From: a candidate division FCPU426 bacterium
GTDB lineage: Bacteria > Oederibacteriota > Muellerivitia > Muellerivitales > Muellerivitaceae
Assembly (NCBI GenBank): GCA_963719085.1
Contig: CAVRAL010000004.1
Location: forward strand, 800,001 to 864,000
Direction of reading: 5' to 3'
DNA length: 64,000 bases
Shown: piece by piece, positions 9,099 through 19,021 of the stretch
Layout: each line of letters opens with the position of its first letter
How positions within the stretch are numbered: position 1 is the stretch's first letter
Notes under the pieces: model-generated
Database searches by the model: none
Told to the model about the DNA's origin: nothing
The model's input: only the letters and a program-made list of their open reading frames with translations
Position numbers and translations under genes: made by a program

Positions 9099-10805
9099 AT
9101 GGATGTTTTCGCCCCTGAAAAAGAAGAACAGCACGAAGACCTGCGTCTTTCCCTCACGCACATCAGCCAAAAAGCCATCGGCTCCAATTTAAACGACCTT
9201 TCCCAAGTGTTGGAACTCGCCCATGTTTTTGAGAAATGGACCCACCGGGCCAGCACGGTTTACGGCGGTTGGATTGAGGATTACCGCATCCAGGCCCAAC
9301 AACTGGTCACCGATCTTCAGTCGGGCCGGCCCGTGGCCAAGTGCATGGAAAATCTTCTTCGCTCCCTGCTTCAACTTCACCGCGCTTTGGATAAGGAACG
9401 GGAACAAAAGGCCCAGGATGACGCCCCCGCCGCCGAAGGGCCGCCGCCGCAACGGATGCCGGCCCCCGCGCCAGCTCCCGCGGTCATTGCCGCGCCCGTG
9501 ATGGCGCCGCCCGCGCCGCCGTCCGTGGTGATGCCGCTCATTTTTCCGACAACCCCCCTCGGAGCGGTTTCGTCCTCCCCGGCGCCACCCCCGCTCCCTG
9601 CGCCGCCAAAGATTGATCCGGCCGTCGAAGCCAAGCAAAAATATCACGAGTTTCTCCAAAAAACTTTTGAGAATAAAGTCAATCACATGGAAAGCCTCCT
9701 GGAGGCCTTGGGCGAACTCACGCTTTGCCAAGCCCAATTGTCCGAAGACCTGCACGCTTCCGCCTTGTCCGAGTCCGCCGGGCTTAATTCGGAGGCGGTC
9801 CGCATGGAAAAAATAACCCGACAGATCCGGGACTTAGTCCTGGCCCTGCGGGTGGTTCCGGTCCAAGCCTTATTCGAGAAGGTGGCGGTCGAGGCGCGAA
9901 CCCTGTCCCAAAACATGCGAAAGCCCGTGGAAGTGACCACCGAGGGCGAAGAAACCGAGATTGACCAGCGATTGATGGAGGATTTGGAAATCCTTCTGAG
10001 CCACTTGCTTAAAAACACCCTGGAACACGGGTTGGAAAGCCCGGCCGAAAGGCAGGCCGCGGGAAAAAGTCCCCAAGGCGCTTTCCGGTTAAAGGCCAGC
10101 CATTTGGGCGGCGCTTTCGTGCTGGAGGTTGAGGACGACGGCCGGGGAATTTTGTTAAGCCGTATCCGCGCCCGGGCCCAGGAACTGGGCTGGCTTAACG
10201 CGGGGGAAGAACCCGCGCCCGCCGGGCTCATTGATTTTCTTTTTAAGCCGGGTTTCGCGCCCCTGCACGCCCAAGGCCGGGTGGCGGGTTTGGAAGACAT
10301 GGAACAGCGGGTTCAGAAATTAAAAGGTTCCATCCGGGTTCAAAGCCAAGAAGGGGAAGGCTGCCGGATCATCCTGCGCCTGCCCAAGACCCTGGCCTTG
10401 ATTGAGGGCGTTTTGGTGCGGGTCGGGCGCAAGCGCTACCTTTTGCCCATGACCCAAGTCCGTAAAATTTCCCTGACCGGCGTCCAAGAATATGAGGAAG
10501 GCGCCAACGGGTCTAAATTACTGCGCACGGCGGACGGGGATTATCCGGTCGTCGATTTAAACCAATGGTTCGGCGAGGCCGAAAGCGGCCGGGGCCGGGT
10601 TTCCCTTCAAGTGGAGGCGGGCCGCACCCGCATGTGTCTTTTAGCCGATGAGGTGATGGGCAAACAGCAGGTCATGATGAAAGGATTGGGCGACGCGCTT
10701 CAATCCATGCCGGGCATCAGCGGTGGCGCCATTTTGGGCGATGGCAAGGTGGGGCTCATCCTGGACGTGAACGCTTTGACCCAGCCTTCCTGGAATGTCC
10801 TGTAA
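9099..10805 (+). CDS. CheA-like protein (dimerisation, HATPase and CheW domains) lacking a canonical Hpt domain
   Basis: LGEL dimer helix, KNTLEHGLE N-box, DDGRG G1-box and C-terminal GISGGAILGDGKVGLILD; no FRxxHTLKG motif. Confidence 0.88.
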   Translation: MDVFAPEKEEQHEDLRLSLTHISQKAIGSNLNDLSQVLELAHVFEKWTHRASTVYGGWIEDYRIQAQQLVTDLQSGRPVAKCMENLLRSLLQLHRALDKEREQKAQDDAPAAEGPPPQRMPAPAPAPAVIAAPVMAPPAPPSVVMPLIFPTTPLGAVSSSPAPPPLPAPPKIDPAVEAKQKYHEFLQKTFENKVNHMESLLEALGELTLCQAQLSEDLHASALSESAGLNSEAVRMEKITRQIRDLVLALRVVPVQALFEKVAVEARTLSQNMRKPVEVTTEGEETEIDQRLMEDLEILLSHLLKNTLEHGLESPAERQAAGKSPQGAFRLKASHLGGAFVLEVEDDGRGILLSRIRARAQELGWLNAGEEPAPAGLIDFLFKPGFAPLHAQGRVAGLEDMEQRVQKLKGSIRVQSQEGEGCRIILRLPKTLALIEGVLVRVGRKRYLLPMTQVRKISLTGVQEYEEGANGSKLLRTADGDYPVVDLNQWFGEAESGRGRVSLQVEAGRTRMCLLADEVMGKQQVMMKGLGDALQSMPGISGGAILGDGKVGLILDVNALTQPSWNVL

Positions 10806-10947
10806 ATTTTTTTCGAAGCCGGCTTTTTCTTCCCCGAGTTCAGCCTCCAAAAAAAGGGCGATTTTCCCCCGCGCGAAAAGTTCCGGTTGAGTTTTTTGTC
10901 CGGCTTCGCTTAAAAATCCGGTCAGGAATTAATGATATGTGGGTTCC

Positions 10948-11141
10948 GGGGAAGTTTCGCCGGATACAACCCTCATCGTGAAGGACAACCCGGCGTAGCC
11001 CTATTTTGGCGGAGTCGGGTGGGGCCGCGCTCCCCATCGATCCATTTTTCCAATTCCCTTAGGACAATTTACATAGTCGTTTCTTGAACGCAAGCAGGCC
11101 GACCCGCGTGAAAGGTTTCATAGTCCGGCGCTACCGTCCCC
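10948..11141 (+). ncRNA. Candidate structured RNA or leader between the two cheA-like genes
   Basis: End-to-end complementarity GGGGA/TCCCC and CGCCGGA/TCCGGCG, plus an internal hairpin at 11011-11043 followed by a T-run. Confidence 0.25.
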
Positions 11142-11177
11142 TTGGATGAAATTCCGGGACGGTCCAAGGACCCTTCG

Positions 11178-12761
11178 ATGACCGCTTCTTCCATGGAAAA
11201 AACCCAGGCCCACTCCACCGAGGAATTGCGCCGCTCGCTGCTTCTGTTAAGCCAGCAAGCCTTAGCTTCCAACTTAAAGGACGAAACCCGGGTTTTGGAA
11301 CTGGCGGAAGCTTTCGAGAAATGGACCTTGCCCGCCAGCACGGTTTTTGGATTGTGGATGGAATCGTTCCGGATCGAGTCCCACCATATCGTGGATGACT
11401 TGCGTTCGGGAAAATCGGCCGCCAAGGGGATGGAAAACCTGTTGCGGTCATTGCTTCAAGTCCACCGGATGATCGCCAAGGAAAAAGAGCGCCCCGCCGA
11501 AATTCCGGCCGGGGTCCCCGCGCCCCCTCCGGCGGTGCCGCCGGTCGGAACTTCGCCTGAGCCGACCGAAAACCATGAGGAAGAAAAGGAAATTGAAGCC
11601 GAATATGTGAAAACCCTGCGCCAAGGGTTGGAATTTAAAATCGGCCAGATGGACAAACTTTTTGAGTTTCTCGGGGAAGTGGCCATCGCCCAAGCCGAGT
11701 TTATGGAAGCGGCCCGGCCCTACCTGGCGGCTTCCGCCACCCTGCCCATGGAAGTTTCCCGGCTGGACAAGATGGGCAAACAAATCCGGGACCGGGTGCT
11801 GGCCTTGCGGTCGATTCCCGTCGAACCTCTTTTTGTAAAAATAACCCGCAAGGCCCAAACACTTTCCAAGCGCGGCGGCAAGCCCCTCCACGTGCTTTGC
11901 GAGGGCGGGGAAACCGAAGTGGATCAAGGGCTGCTGGAGGAGCTGGAGGGGCTTTTGGATCTGCTTTTAAAAAATTCCCTGGAACACGGCATTGAGTCTT
12001 CCGAGGAACGCCGGGACAAGGGAAAACCGCCTCAGGGACTTTTCCGGCTCAAGGCCAGCCATTTGGCCGGAGCTTTGGTCCTTGAAATTTCTGATGACGG
12101 CCGGGGATTGCGCTTGGAAGAGCTCCAGACCCGCGCGCGGGAATTGGGCTGGATGAAAGCGAAGGAGCAATTAACCCCCGCCCAATTGACCGATTTTTTA
12201 TTGCGGCCCGGGTTTATTTCCCCCTCGTCCCACGAGGGAGCGGCGGGGTTCGCCGAGATGGCGGAGCGGATTCAAAAACTAAAGGGCACCCTGCGGGTTC
12301 AAAGTCCCGAGGAGGGAGGCCTCAAGGTTCTTTTGCGCCTGCCGAAAACCCTGGCCTTGATCGAGGGGGTCCTGATCCGCGTGGGCCGCAAACGTTATTT
12401 ATTGCCCATGACCCAGGTCCGGAAAATTTCCCTCAGCGACACGCAAGAATATGAAACCGAAACCGGGGAGCCGAAACGCCTCAAGACGCCCGAGGGAGGA
12501 TGGCCGGTGGTTGATTTGAACGCCTGGTTTGACGAGCCCGTCACGGGACAAAACCGGGTGGCCTTGCAAGTGGAAGCGGGCCGCGTCCGTTTGTGTTTGA
12601 TGGCCGATGAAGTGATGGGCAAGCAGCAGGTGTTACTCAAGGGGTTGGACGAGGGGTTCAACGCGGCTCCCGGCATCAGCGGCGGCGCGATTTTGGGGGA
12701 TGGAAAAATCGGCTTGATCCTCGATGTCGAGGCGCTGGCCCGTCCGCGGGATTTGGCTTGA
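11178..12761 (+). CDS. Second CheA-like protein lacking Hpt; paralog of 9099-10805
   Basis: Same architecture, with KNSLEHGIE, DDGRG and the shared LRLPKTLALIEGVL.RVGRKRYLLPMTQVRKISL; RBS AAGGA before ATG 11178. Confidence 0.88.
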   Translation: MTASSMEKTQAHSTEELRRSLLLLSQQALASNLKDETRVLELAEAFEKWTLPASTVFGLWMESFRIESHHIVDDLRSGKSAAKGMENLLRSLLQVHRMIAKEKERPAEIPAGVPAPPPAVPPVGTSPEPTENHEEEKEIEAEYVKTLRQGLEFKIGQMDKLFEFLGEVAIAQAEFMEAARPYLAASATLPMEVSRLDKMGKQIRDRVLALRSIPVEPLFVKITRKAQTLSKRGGKPLHVLCEGGETEVDQGLLEELEGLLDLLLKNSLEHGIESSEERRDKGKPPQGLFRLKASHLAGALVLEISDDGRGLRLEELQTRARELGWMKAKEQLTPAQLTDFLLRPGFISPSSHEGAAGFAEMAERIQKLKGTLRVQSPEEGGLKVLLRLPKTLALIEGVLIRVGRKRYLLPMTQVRKISLSDTQEYETETGEPKRLKTPEGGWPVVDLNAWFDEPVTGQNRVALQVEAGRVRLCLMADEVMGKQQVLLKGLDEGFNAAPGISGGAILGDGKIGLILDVEALARPRDLA

Positions 12762-12762
12762 G

Positions 12763-13302
12763 ATGGAATCCACCGGACCGGAGCCTGAAAAATTCCTGAC
12801 CTTCCAATTGGCCGACGCCCGTTATGGCTTGGCGGTATCCGAACTGAGGGAAATGGTGGGCGGGGTGGAGGTGACCCCGGTCGCCTCGAATCAGCCCCTT
12901 TATTTGGGGACCCTGCGGCACAAGGGGCAGGTCATTCCGGTTTTGAACCTGCGCCGGCAGTTCGGCCTGCCCGAGGGCGAAATGACGCTTAAAAATTGTT
13001 TTGTCACCGTGAACCGGGAAGGCGCGGCCGAAACGACCGCGCTTTGGGTAGACGCGATTTTATCCTTGGTGGATGTGGCGCCGGCGGCGGTGGAGCCCGT
13101 GCCGGAACTTTTAAGCCCCGTTCCCTTGAATTACTTGAGGGGCCAGGTCCGTTTAAACGGCCAGATTCTTTACCTGCTCAACGTCCCTCAAATCTTGCGG
13201 GACGCGCCGGCTCTTTCCAGCGAGGAAACACCGGGAGCCTGGTTTGAGCCCGAAGTCCAAGAACTCAAAGAAAGTCGGGTTGAGATACGGCGGATCGGCT
13301 AG
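12763..13302 (+). CDS. cheW: Chemotaxis adaptor CheW
   Basis: KFLTFQL...YGL.V..LRE and G.L..KGQVIPVLNLRRQFG; the ATG is 1 nt after the cheA-like stop. Confidence 0.85.
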   Translation: MESTGPEPEKFLTFQLADARYGLAVSELREMVGGVEVTPVASNQPLYLGTLRHKGQVIPVLNLRRQFGLPEGEMTLKNCFVTVNREGAAETTALWVDAILSLVDVAPAAVEPVPELLSPVPLNYLRGQVRLNGQILYLLNVPQILRDAPALSSEETPGAWFEPEVQELKESRVEIRRIG

Positions 13303-13333
13303 ACGCACCATTAAAGTTGAAACGAGGCTGGCG

Positions 13334-14971
13334 ATGAAAATTCAAAGACGGTTGTTGATGGGTATCGCGCTGATGATTCTGGCCTTGGTAATCGTAGGGA
13401 TGGTGGGGGTCGGCTTCTCCTATAAGATTTTTGAGATCCAACAAGGCATTGGCCGCGACCAGGCCAGACTGGGCTATCTCCACAATGTTTCGGACGCTTA
13501 TATGAACGACGTGGTCAGCGCGGTTGAGCAAACCCGCAACGGCAACGGCTGGTCGTGGGAAGACGGCTTGGCCGCGATTCAAACCGCCGAAAAAACCAGC
13601 GAGGACAACTGGAAGTCCTATATGGAAACTGATAAGAACAAGAACGAAAAATACCTAGCCGCCATCGCGGACGCCAGCCTGAACAACAACAAGCATTTGA
13701 TGGAGCAATTGGAGGAGGCCTATTCGGGCAAGGACGCCAAACTGCTTGAGATTTTAGCCACCAGTGTGTTGTACCCCTCCCTGGAACCGGTGACCGACAG
13801 CCTCAAAAAGCTGGAGGATTTGACCCAGCAAGAGATCAAGGCGGAATCGGATCAATCCGACCTGTTTTATAAAAGCTCCCTGGGGATCACCGTCGTTTTG
13901 ACGGCGGGAACTATTGTGGCGGCGTTTTTTATGAATCTCTGGTTCGTCGGGGGCTTAAGCCGGCGGCTGGGATCTTTTGTGTCGGGTTTTGAGAACGGCG
14001 TGGATCAAGTCGGGTTTTCCGCGGCCCAGATTTCCGCCGCCAATTCCCAAGCGGCCTTAAGCGTTTCCACGGCCGCCGGAAGCTTGGATCAAACCCATGC
14101 CTCGCTTCGGTTGATCCAAAACCTGGAGCAACTGAACGAGGATCATTCGGGCCGGATCAACCGGTTGGCGGAGGAATCCAAAAATTCCCTGGCCGGAGCG
14201 CCGGCCCATTCGGACCAGGCCGCCCTGGTCCTGAAAAGCCTCCAGGACAATTCCCAAAAAATCGCCCAGAAAATCCAGGCCATTGAGCAAATCGCTTTCC
14301 AAGCGAATATTTTGGCCATGAACGCGGCCGTGGAGGCAGTTCGCATGGGACCCGCGGGAAAAGAGTTCAGCGTGGTGTCCGAGGAAATCCGCGGATTGTC
14401 CCAGCGTTGCGCCGAGTTGGCCCGCGAAACCACCCATTGGGCTTCCGAAAACAACCATTTATCCGCCGCCGGAACGGCGGAGAACGAGGGATTACGCCGG
14501 ATCTTTTCCGACAATCAGGAACGGCTCAAAAAATGGATGGAATTATTTTCCAATTTAGAGGCCTCCCATTTCGCCCGAAAGAAGGAGCTTCAGGACCTGC
14601 AAGCCAATTTCGGCCAAGTTGAAAAAACGGTTCAGGGACAAGCGCATATCACGGAAAAGGCGGTGGCCGCGGTCGACCAAATGAACACCCAGTCGGAAAA
14701 ATTAAAAAGTTTGGCCCAACAGCTGGCGGCCTTTTCGGGGGTCCGGGAAGACGTGGCCGCGGCCTCGCCTCGCGCGCCGAAGCGCAAAACCCAGGGTTCC
14801 AAGCCCGCCGCCGGCGCGCCGGCTCCCCAGCCCGAAATGATTTTGAAGACGGAAACGCCATCCGCCCCGCCGGCTTCCGCCAAATCCGGCTGGCCCCTTT
14901 TGAACTTGGCCGGCCGGACGGGGACGAATGACTCCAAAGTGGTCCGAATTGGTTCCCCCAAAACCGACTAA
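13334..14971 (+). CDS. Methyl-accepting chemotaxis protein with a diverged signalling tip
   Basis: TM, periplasmic four-helix domain, TM, then IAFQANILAMNAAVEA hairpin. Confidence 0.88.
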   Translation: MKIQRRLLMGIALMILALVIVGMVGVGFSYKIFEIQQGIGRDQARLGYLHNVSDAYMNDVVSAVEQTRNGNGWSWEDGLAAIQTAEKTSEDNWKSYMETDKNKNEKYLAAIADASLNNNKHLMEQLEEAYSGKDAKLLEILATSVLYPSLEPVTDSLKKLEDLTQQEIKAESDQSDLFYKSSLGITVVLTAGTIVAAFFMNLWFVGGLSRRLGSFVSGFENGVDQVGFSAAQISAANSQAALSVSTAAGSLDQTHASLRLIQNLEQLNEDHSGRINRLAEESKNSLAGAPAHSDQAALVLKSLQDNSQKIAQKIQAIEQIAFQANILAMNAAVEAVRMGPAGKEFSVVSEEIRGLSQRCAELARETTHWASENNHLSAAGTAENEGLRRIFSDNQERLKKWMELFSNLEASHFARKKELQDLQANFGQVEKTVQGQAHITEKAVAAVDQMNTQSEKLKSLAQQLAAFSGVREDVAAASPRAPKRKTQGSKPAAGAPAPQPEMILKTETPSAPPASAKSGWPLLNLAGRTGTNDSKVVRIGSPKTD

Positions 14972-15116
14972 ATCCCCCCGAAGGCATTTCAAAACCTATT
15001 TTTATGGGTCGCTTTCGAGGCCGGGCGAAAGGCAAAACCGGCCTTGGAGTTAAAGTTCGGGCGCTTTTTCCCGCGGGTTGCTAGAATTAAAGCCACTTTT
15101 AACCCCGGGAACTTTT

Positions 15117-18100
15117 ATGCCATTGAATCCCAACCTTCATTCCACCAGATCCTTTTTCGCCCTTTCGCCCGAACTCATGGCGTCCTTGAGCCCCGGGGGA
15201 CAAATCCTCGAGGCCAATTCCGCTTGGGAAACCAGCTTAGGCTTCCCGGTCGAGGCCTTAACGGGAACCGCTTTTTTTGATCTTTTGCATCCCGAAGACC
15301 GCCCGAAGGCGGTGGTGGAGTTGAACCGGCTTTCCCGCGGTAAACAAGAAAAAGTTTTCTTTGAGTCCCGATGCATGGACAAGTCCGGCGCGGCCCATAC
15401 CATCGCCTGGACTCTCTTGGCGGTTCCCGCGGGCGAGAACTGGCTTCTCATGGGCCGGGATGTGACCGATTGGCGCCAAGCCGAGCGGGCCCTGGCCGAA
15501 AGCCGGGAAAAATTCCAAAAATTCAGCGATTCTTCCACGGAAGGCGTGGCCTTTCACGAGCGCGGCGTCGTGCTGGAGGCCAACCAAGCTTTAGCCCGGA
15601 TGTTCGGGTATGAACAGGCTTCCGAGATGGTCGGCAAAAACGGATTGGATTTGACCGACGGGCCGGGCCGGGAAATGATCCGCCAGCACATCCAATCCCA
15701 TTCGGAAGAATCTTACGAAGTCACCGGACTGCGCCAGGATGGGAGCGCCTTCCCCTGCCAGATCCGGAGCCGGGAAATTTTTTATCAAGGGCGCGCCATG
15801 CGGGTTTCGACCTTTCTGGATATGACGCCTTTGCGGGCCCGCGAAAAGGAAATCCTGGAAAGCGAGGAAAAGTTCCGGTGCTTGGCGGAAGCCGCCACCG
15901 AGGGCGTGGGCATCACCCTGCAGGGCAAGATTTTGGAGGTCAACCAGGCTTTGGCCCGGATGTTTGGTTACGCGCCGGATGAGATGATCGGCCGAAGCGC
16001 CATGGAATTTTGCGCGCCCGAAAGCTTGGCCGAGATGACCCGCATGTCGCTTTCGGATAAAGAAGAGCCCTATGAGGGCATCGGCGTCCGGAAGGATGGG
16101 ACCAAGATCCCGCTTCAAATTTCCGGAAGGGCCATCCCTTTCCGGGGCCACCGGGTCCGCGTCGCGGTTTTCAAGGACCTGACCGATCAAAAAAAGAGGG
16201 AAGCGGAGACCACCCAGCAAAAAGCCTTGTCCGAGGAAATGATCCGGGAGAGCGAGGAAAAGTTCCGGAAGATTTTTGAGGAGGCTTTTTTCGGGATGGC
16301 CCTGGTGGACCTTCACCCTTCCCGTTTCCGCCGCGTCTTGAAGATGAATTCGGCCTTTCACCAAATGCTGGGGTACCGCGAGGAAGAGCTCATGGGCAAG
16401 ACCATGACCGACTTTTGCCATCCGGATGATTTACCCGCCGAAGGGGGGAGCTTGGGCCGGATTTTGGACGGCCAATCCTTGCGGGAAGAAATGGATAAAC
16501 GCTATATCCGCAAGGACGGCGCCACGGTTTGGGCGCATATTATTTTGATCGTGATCCGGGATTCGGCGGGGAAGCCGCTTTTTGGATTGGTTATGGCCCA
16601 GGACATCACCCAGCAAAGGGAGGCCGAAGCGGCCCGGAGCCGGACCGAAGCCCGTCTTCGCGCGGTCTTCAACAGCGGTTCCCAAACCATGGTGGTTTTG
16701 GACCGGCAGGGCCGGTTGGAATCTTTTAACACCCTGGCGGAACAAGAAATGAAACGTATCCGGGGTTTGACCCTGGAAACGGGCCGGTTGATGAGCGATT
16801 ACCTGGAAGGCCCGCTTTTAGAATTTTTTAAGGATAATTTTAAAAAATCTTTGCAAGGGCAAACCCTGACTTCGGAGCGGCAGGTGACCGGCCTTCAGCG
16901 GGAGCATTGGTTTGAGTTCCAGTACCATCCGGTTTTGGATGAACAGGGTCAAACCACCGCGGTTTGCGTGACCTCGGTCTGCATTGACGACCGTAAAAAA
17001 GCCCAAGACACTTTGCGCCAAAGTGAGGAACGGTTCCGGCGCATTTTCGAGGACGGGTCCGTGGGCATGACTTTGGTGGCTCCGGACAAGAAGTTTTTCC
17101 ACGTGAACCGGGCCTTTTGCGATCTGGTGGGCTATAGCCCCGAGGAGCTCACCACCATGACCTTCCGGGACATCACCCACCCGGAGGATTTGGCGGAAAA
17201 CATCCTTTTAGGCGAGGGGCTGCCCCAAGGCCGGGGTTTTCAAATGCAAAAACGCTACCGCCATAAGAACGGCGGCGTGGTTTGGGCCAATATTACGGTC
17301 ACGGCGTTCCGCGATGAAAAGGGCCTCTACCTGCACAGCCTGGGCATCATCGAGAACATCACGGAACAAAAGCGGGTTGAGGAAAATATCAGGGAAAGCG
17401 AGGACCGCTACCGGCGGCTGGTCGAGTTTTCACCGGACAGTATTTTCGTTTACATGAATGAAAAGATTGTCTACGCGAATCCCGCGGGGCTCAAACTATT
17501 GGGTGCCTCCGATCCCGGGCAAGTGGTCGGGCTCCCGGTCTTGTCCTTGTCCCATCCGGACGACCGGGCGGTCGTGGCGCGCCGGATTGAGAACGTCGCC
17601 CGGCACCGGGGGGAAAACCCGTCTTTGGAGCAAAAATTCATCCGCCTGGATGGACAAAGCGTGGAAGTGGAAGCCCAAGGCACTTCCTTCGCTTATCAAG
17701 GCAAGCCCGCCGGGCTGATGATCGTCCGGGACATCACCCAGCGCAAACGGGCCATCCAGGCCTTCCGGGAAAGCCAGGAAAGCTACCGCCGGTTGGTGGA
17801 ATTTTTCCCCGAGACGGTCTTGGTGCATAGCGAGGGCAAATTGCTTTATATCAACCCGCCGGGGCTCAAAATGTTCGGGGCCGTGGAACCGGGTGAGATC
17901 TTGGGCCGGTCGGTTTTTGATTTTGTGTCCACGCCCTTTTTGGAAACCGCCCGCATCCGGGTGGAAAGCATCTACTTGAATAAGATGTCCACCGATCCCA
18001 TGGACCAGGTTTGGCTGAAACTGGATGGGAGCCCGATCGACGTGGAAGTCCGGGGAACCTTTTTTAATTTCATGGGCAAGCCTTCCATCCTGTCGATCCT

Positions 18101-18818
18101 TCGCAACGTCTCCGAGAGAAAACGCACCCAGCAGATGCTGCTTCGCTATGAACGCCTGGCCGCCGTGGGACAGGTCATCGCCGGGATCGCCCACGACATC
18201 CGCAATCCCCTGGCCGTGCTCTCCTCCATGACCTTGCACCTGAAGGAAAAATTCGAGGGTTCGGCGTCGGTTTCCAAGGAAGTGGAGACGATCACGGCCC
18301 AAACCAACCGCTTGAAGCGCTTGATGAACGACATTTTGGATTACGCCAAGGGCTACACCCTGGTGAAACAACCCATTGAGCCCAAGGCCTTCCTGGAACA
18401 ATGCCTCAAGCTGGTGCAAACCCAGGTGGGCGCTTCGCACCGAAACGTCCAAGTGCGTTGGAAAATAGACTCGCCGCTCGCGTCCTTTACGGCGGACCGG
18501 GAAAGGCTGGAACAGGTCCTGTTGAATTTGATCCTCAACGCCTATGAGGCGGTGGAAAAAGGCGGGGTTCTCACCTTGGGGTTTGAGGAAACCGATCAAA
18601 TGGTTTGCTTAAAAGTGGAGGACAACGGACCCGGTATTCCGGAGGGCGCCATCACCCGGCTCTTCGAGCCCTTTTTCACGACCAAAAAATACGGGTCAGG
18701 CCTGGGGCTGTCCCTCAGCCAAAAAATAGTCGAGGCCCACGGCGGCAAGATTGAGGCGGAATGGGTTTACCCGCACGGCACGTTGTTTACGGTGCAGATT
18801 CCCAAAGAGCTTTCTTAG
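15117..18818 (+). CDS. Cytoplasmic sensor histidine kinase with 8 PAS domains
   Basis: Eight ESEEKFR/DIT-bounded PAS repeats; H-box AHDIRNPL, NLILNA, DNGPG, FFTTK and GSGLGL. Confidence 0.95.
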   Translation: MPLNPNLHSTRSFFALSPELMASLSPGGQILEANSAWETSLGFPVEALTGTAFFDLLHPEDRPKAVVELNRLSRGKQEKVFFESRCMDKSGAAHTIAWTLLAVPAGENWLLMGRDVTDWRQAERALAESREKFQKFSDSSTEGVAFHERGVVLEANQALARMFGYEQASEMVGKNGLDLTDGPGREMIRQHIQSHSEESYEVTGLRQDGSAFPCQIRSREIFYQGRAMRVSTFLDMTPLRAREKEILESEEKFRCLAEAATEGVGITLQGKILEVNQALARMFGYAPDEMIGRSAMEFCAPESLAEMTRMSLSDKEEPYEGIGVRKDGTKIPLQISGRAIPFRGHRVRVAVFKDLTDQKKREAETTQQKALSEEMIRESEEKFRKIFEEAFFGMALVDLHPSRFRRVLKMNSAFHQMLGYREEELMGKTMTDFCHPDDLPAEGGSLGRILDGQSLREEMDKRYIRKDGATVWAHIILIVIRDSAGKPLFGLVMAQDITQQREAEAARSRTEARLRAVFNSGSQTMVVLDRQGRLESFNTLAEQEMKRIRGLTLETGRLMSDYLEGPLLEFFKDNFKKSLQGQTLTSERQVTGLQREHWFEFQYHPVLDEQGQTTAVCVTSVCIDDRKKAQDTLRQSEERFRRIFEDGSVGMTLVAPDKKFFHVNRAFCDLVGYSPEELTTMTFRDITHPEDLAENILLGEGLPQGRGFQMQKRYRHKNGGVVWANITVTAFRDEKGLYLHSLGIIENITEQKRVEENIRESEDRYRRLVEFSPDSIFVYMNEKIVYANPAGLKLLGASDPGQVVGLPVLSLSHPDDRAVVARRIENVARHRGENPSLEQKFIRLDGQSVEVEAQGTSFAYQGKPAGLMIVRDITQRKRAIQAFRESQESYRRLVEFFPETVLVHSEGKLLYINPPGLKMFGAVEPGEILGRSVFDFVSTPFLETARIRVESIYLNKMSTDPMDQVWLKLDGSPIDVEVRGTFFNFMGKPSILSILRNVSERKRTQQMLLRYERLAAVGQVIAGIAHDIRNPLAVLSSMTLHLKEKFEGSASVSKEVETITAQTNRLKRLMNDILDYAKGYTLVKQPIEPKAFLEQCLKLVQTQVGASHRNVQVRWKIDSPLASFTADRERLEQVLLNLILNAYEAVEKGGVLTLGFEETDQMVCLKVEDNGPGIPEGAITRLFEPFFTTKKYGSGLGLSLSQKIVEAHGGKIEAEWVYPHGTLFTVQIPKELS

Positions 18819-18846
18819 AATCCCCGACAAAACCTAAAGTCATTGA

Positions 18847-18956
18847 ACAATGATGGACGCAGATAAACGCGGATTTGTTTAAATAGAAGATTTGATCTTT
18901 TTCCATCAGCGTTCATCCGCGTTAATCATTGTAAAAAATATTTTGTTAGAAGTTCT
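18847..18956. repeat. Intergenic palindromic element, family A, copy 4
   Basis: ACAATGATGGACGCAGATAAACGCGGAT ... ATCAGCGTTCATCCGCGTTAATCATTGT; 18940-18956 is the exact reverse complement of 5420-5436. Confidence 0.9.
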
Positions 18957-19021
18957 TAAGGGACTATCCTTTGTTTCACCGCCACGCCGCTTAAGGGGCG
19001 GCGCCTCCATTGATGCGTCGC

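Noticed and set aside
10921..11141. c-di-GMP-I or c-di-AMP riboswitch
   Set aside because: The signature motifs (GGCAAA...GACGCAAAG; GCTGAATC...CAGCTAAC) are not present.
17496..18599. 367-aa minus-strand ORF and similar antisense ORFs (15591-16421, 36711-37679, 48527-49402)
   Set aside because: Each lies opposite a confident gene; expected from GC-rich codon bias.
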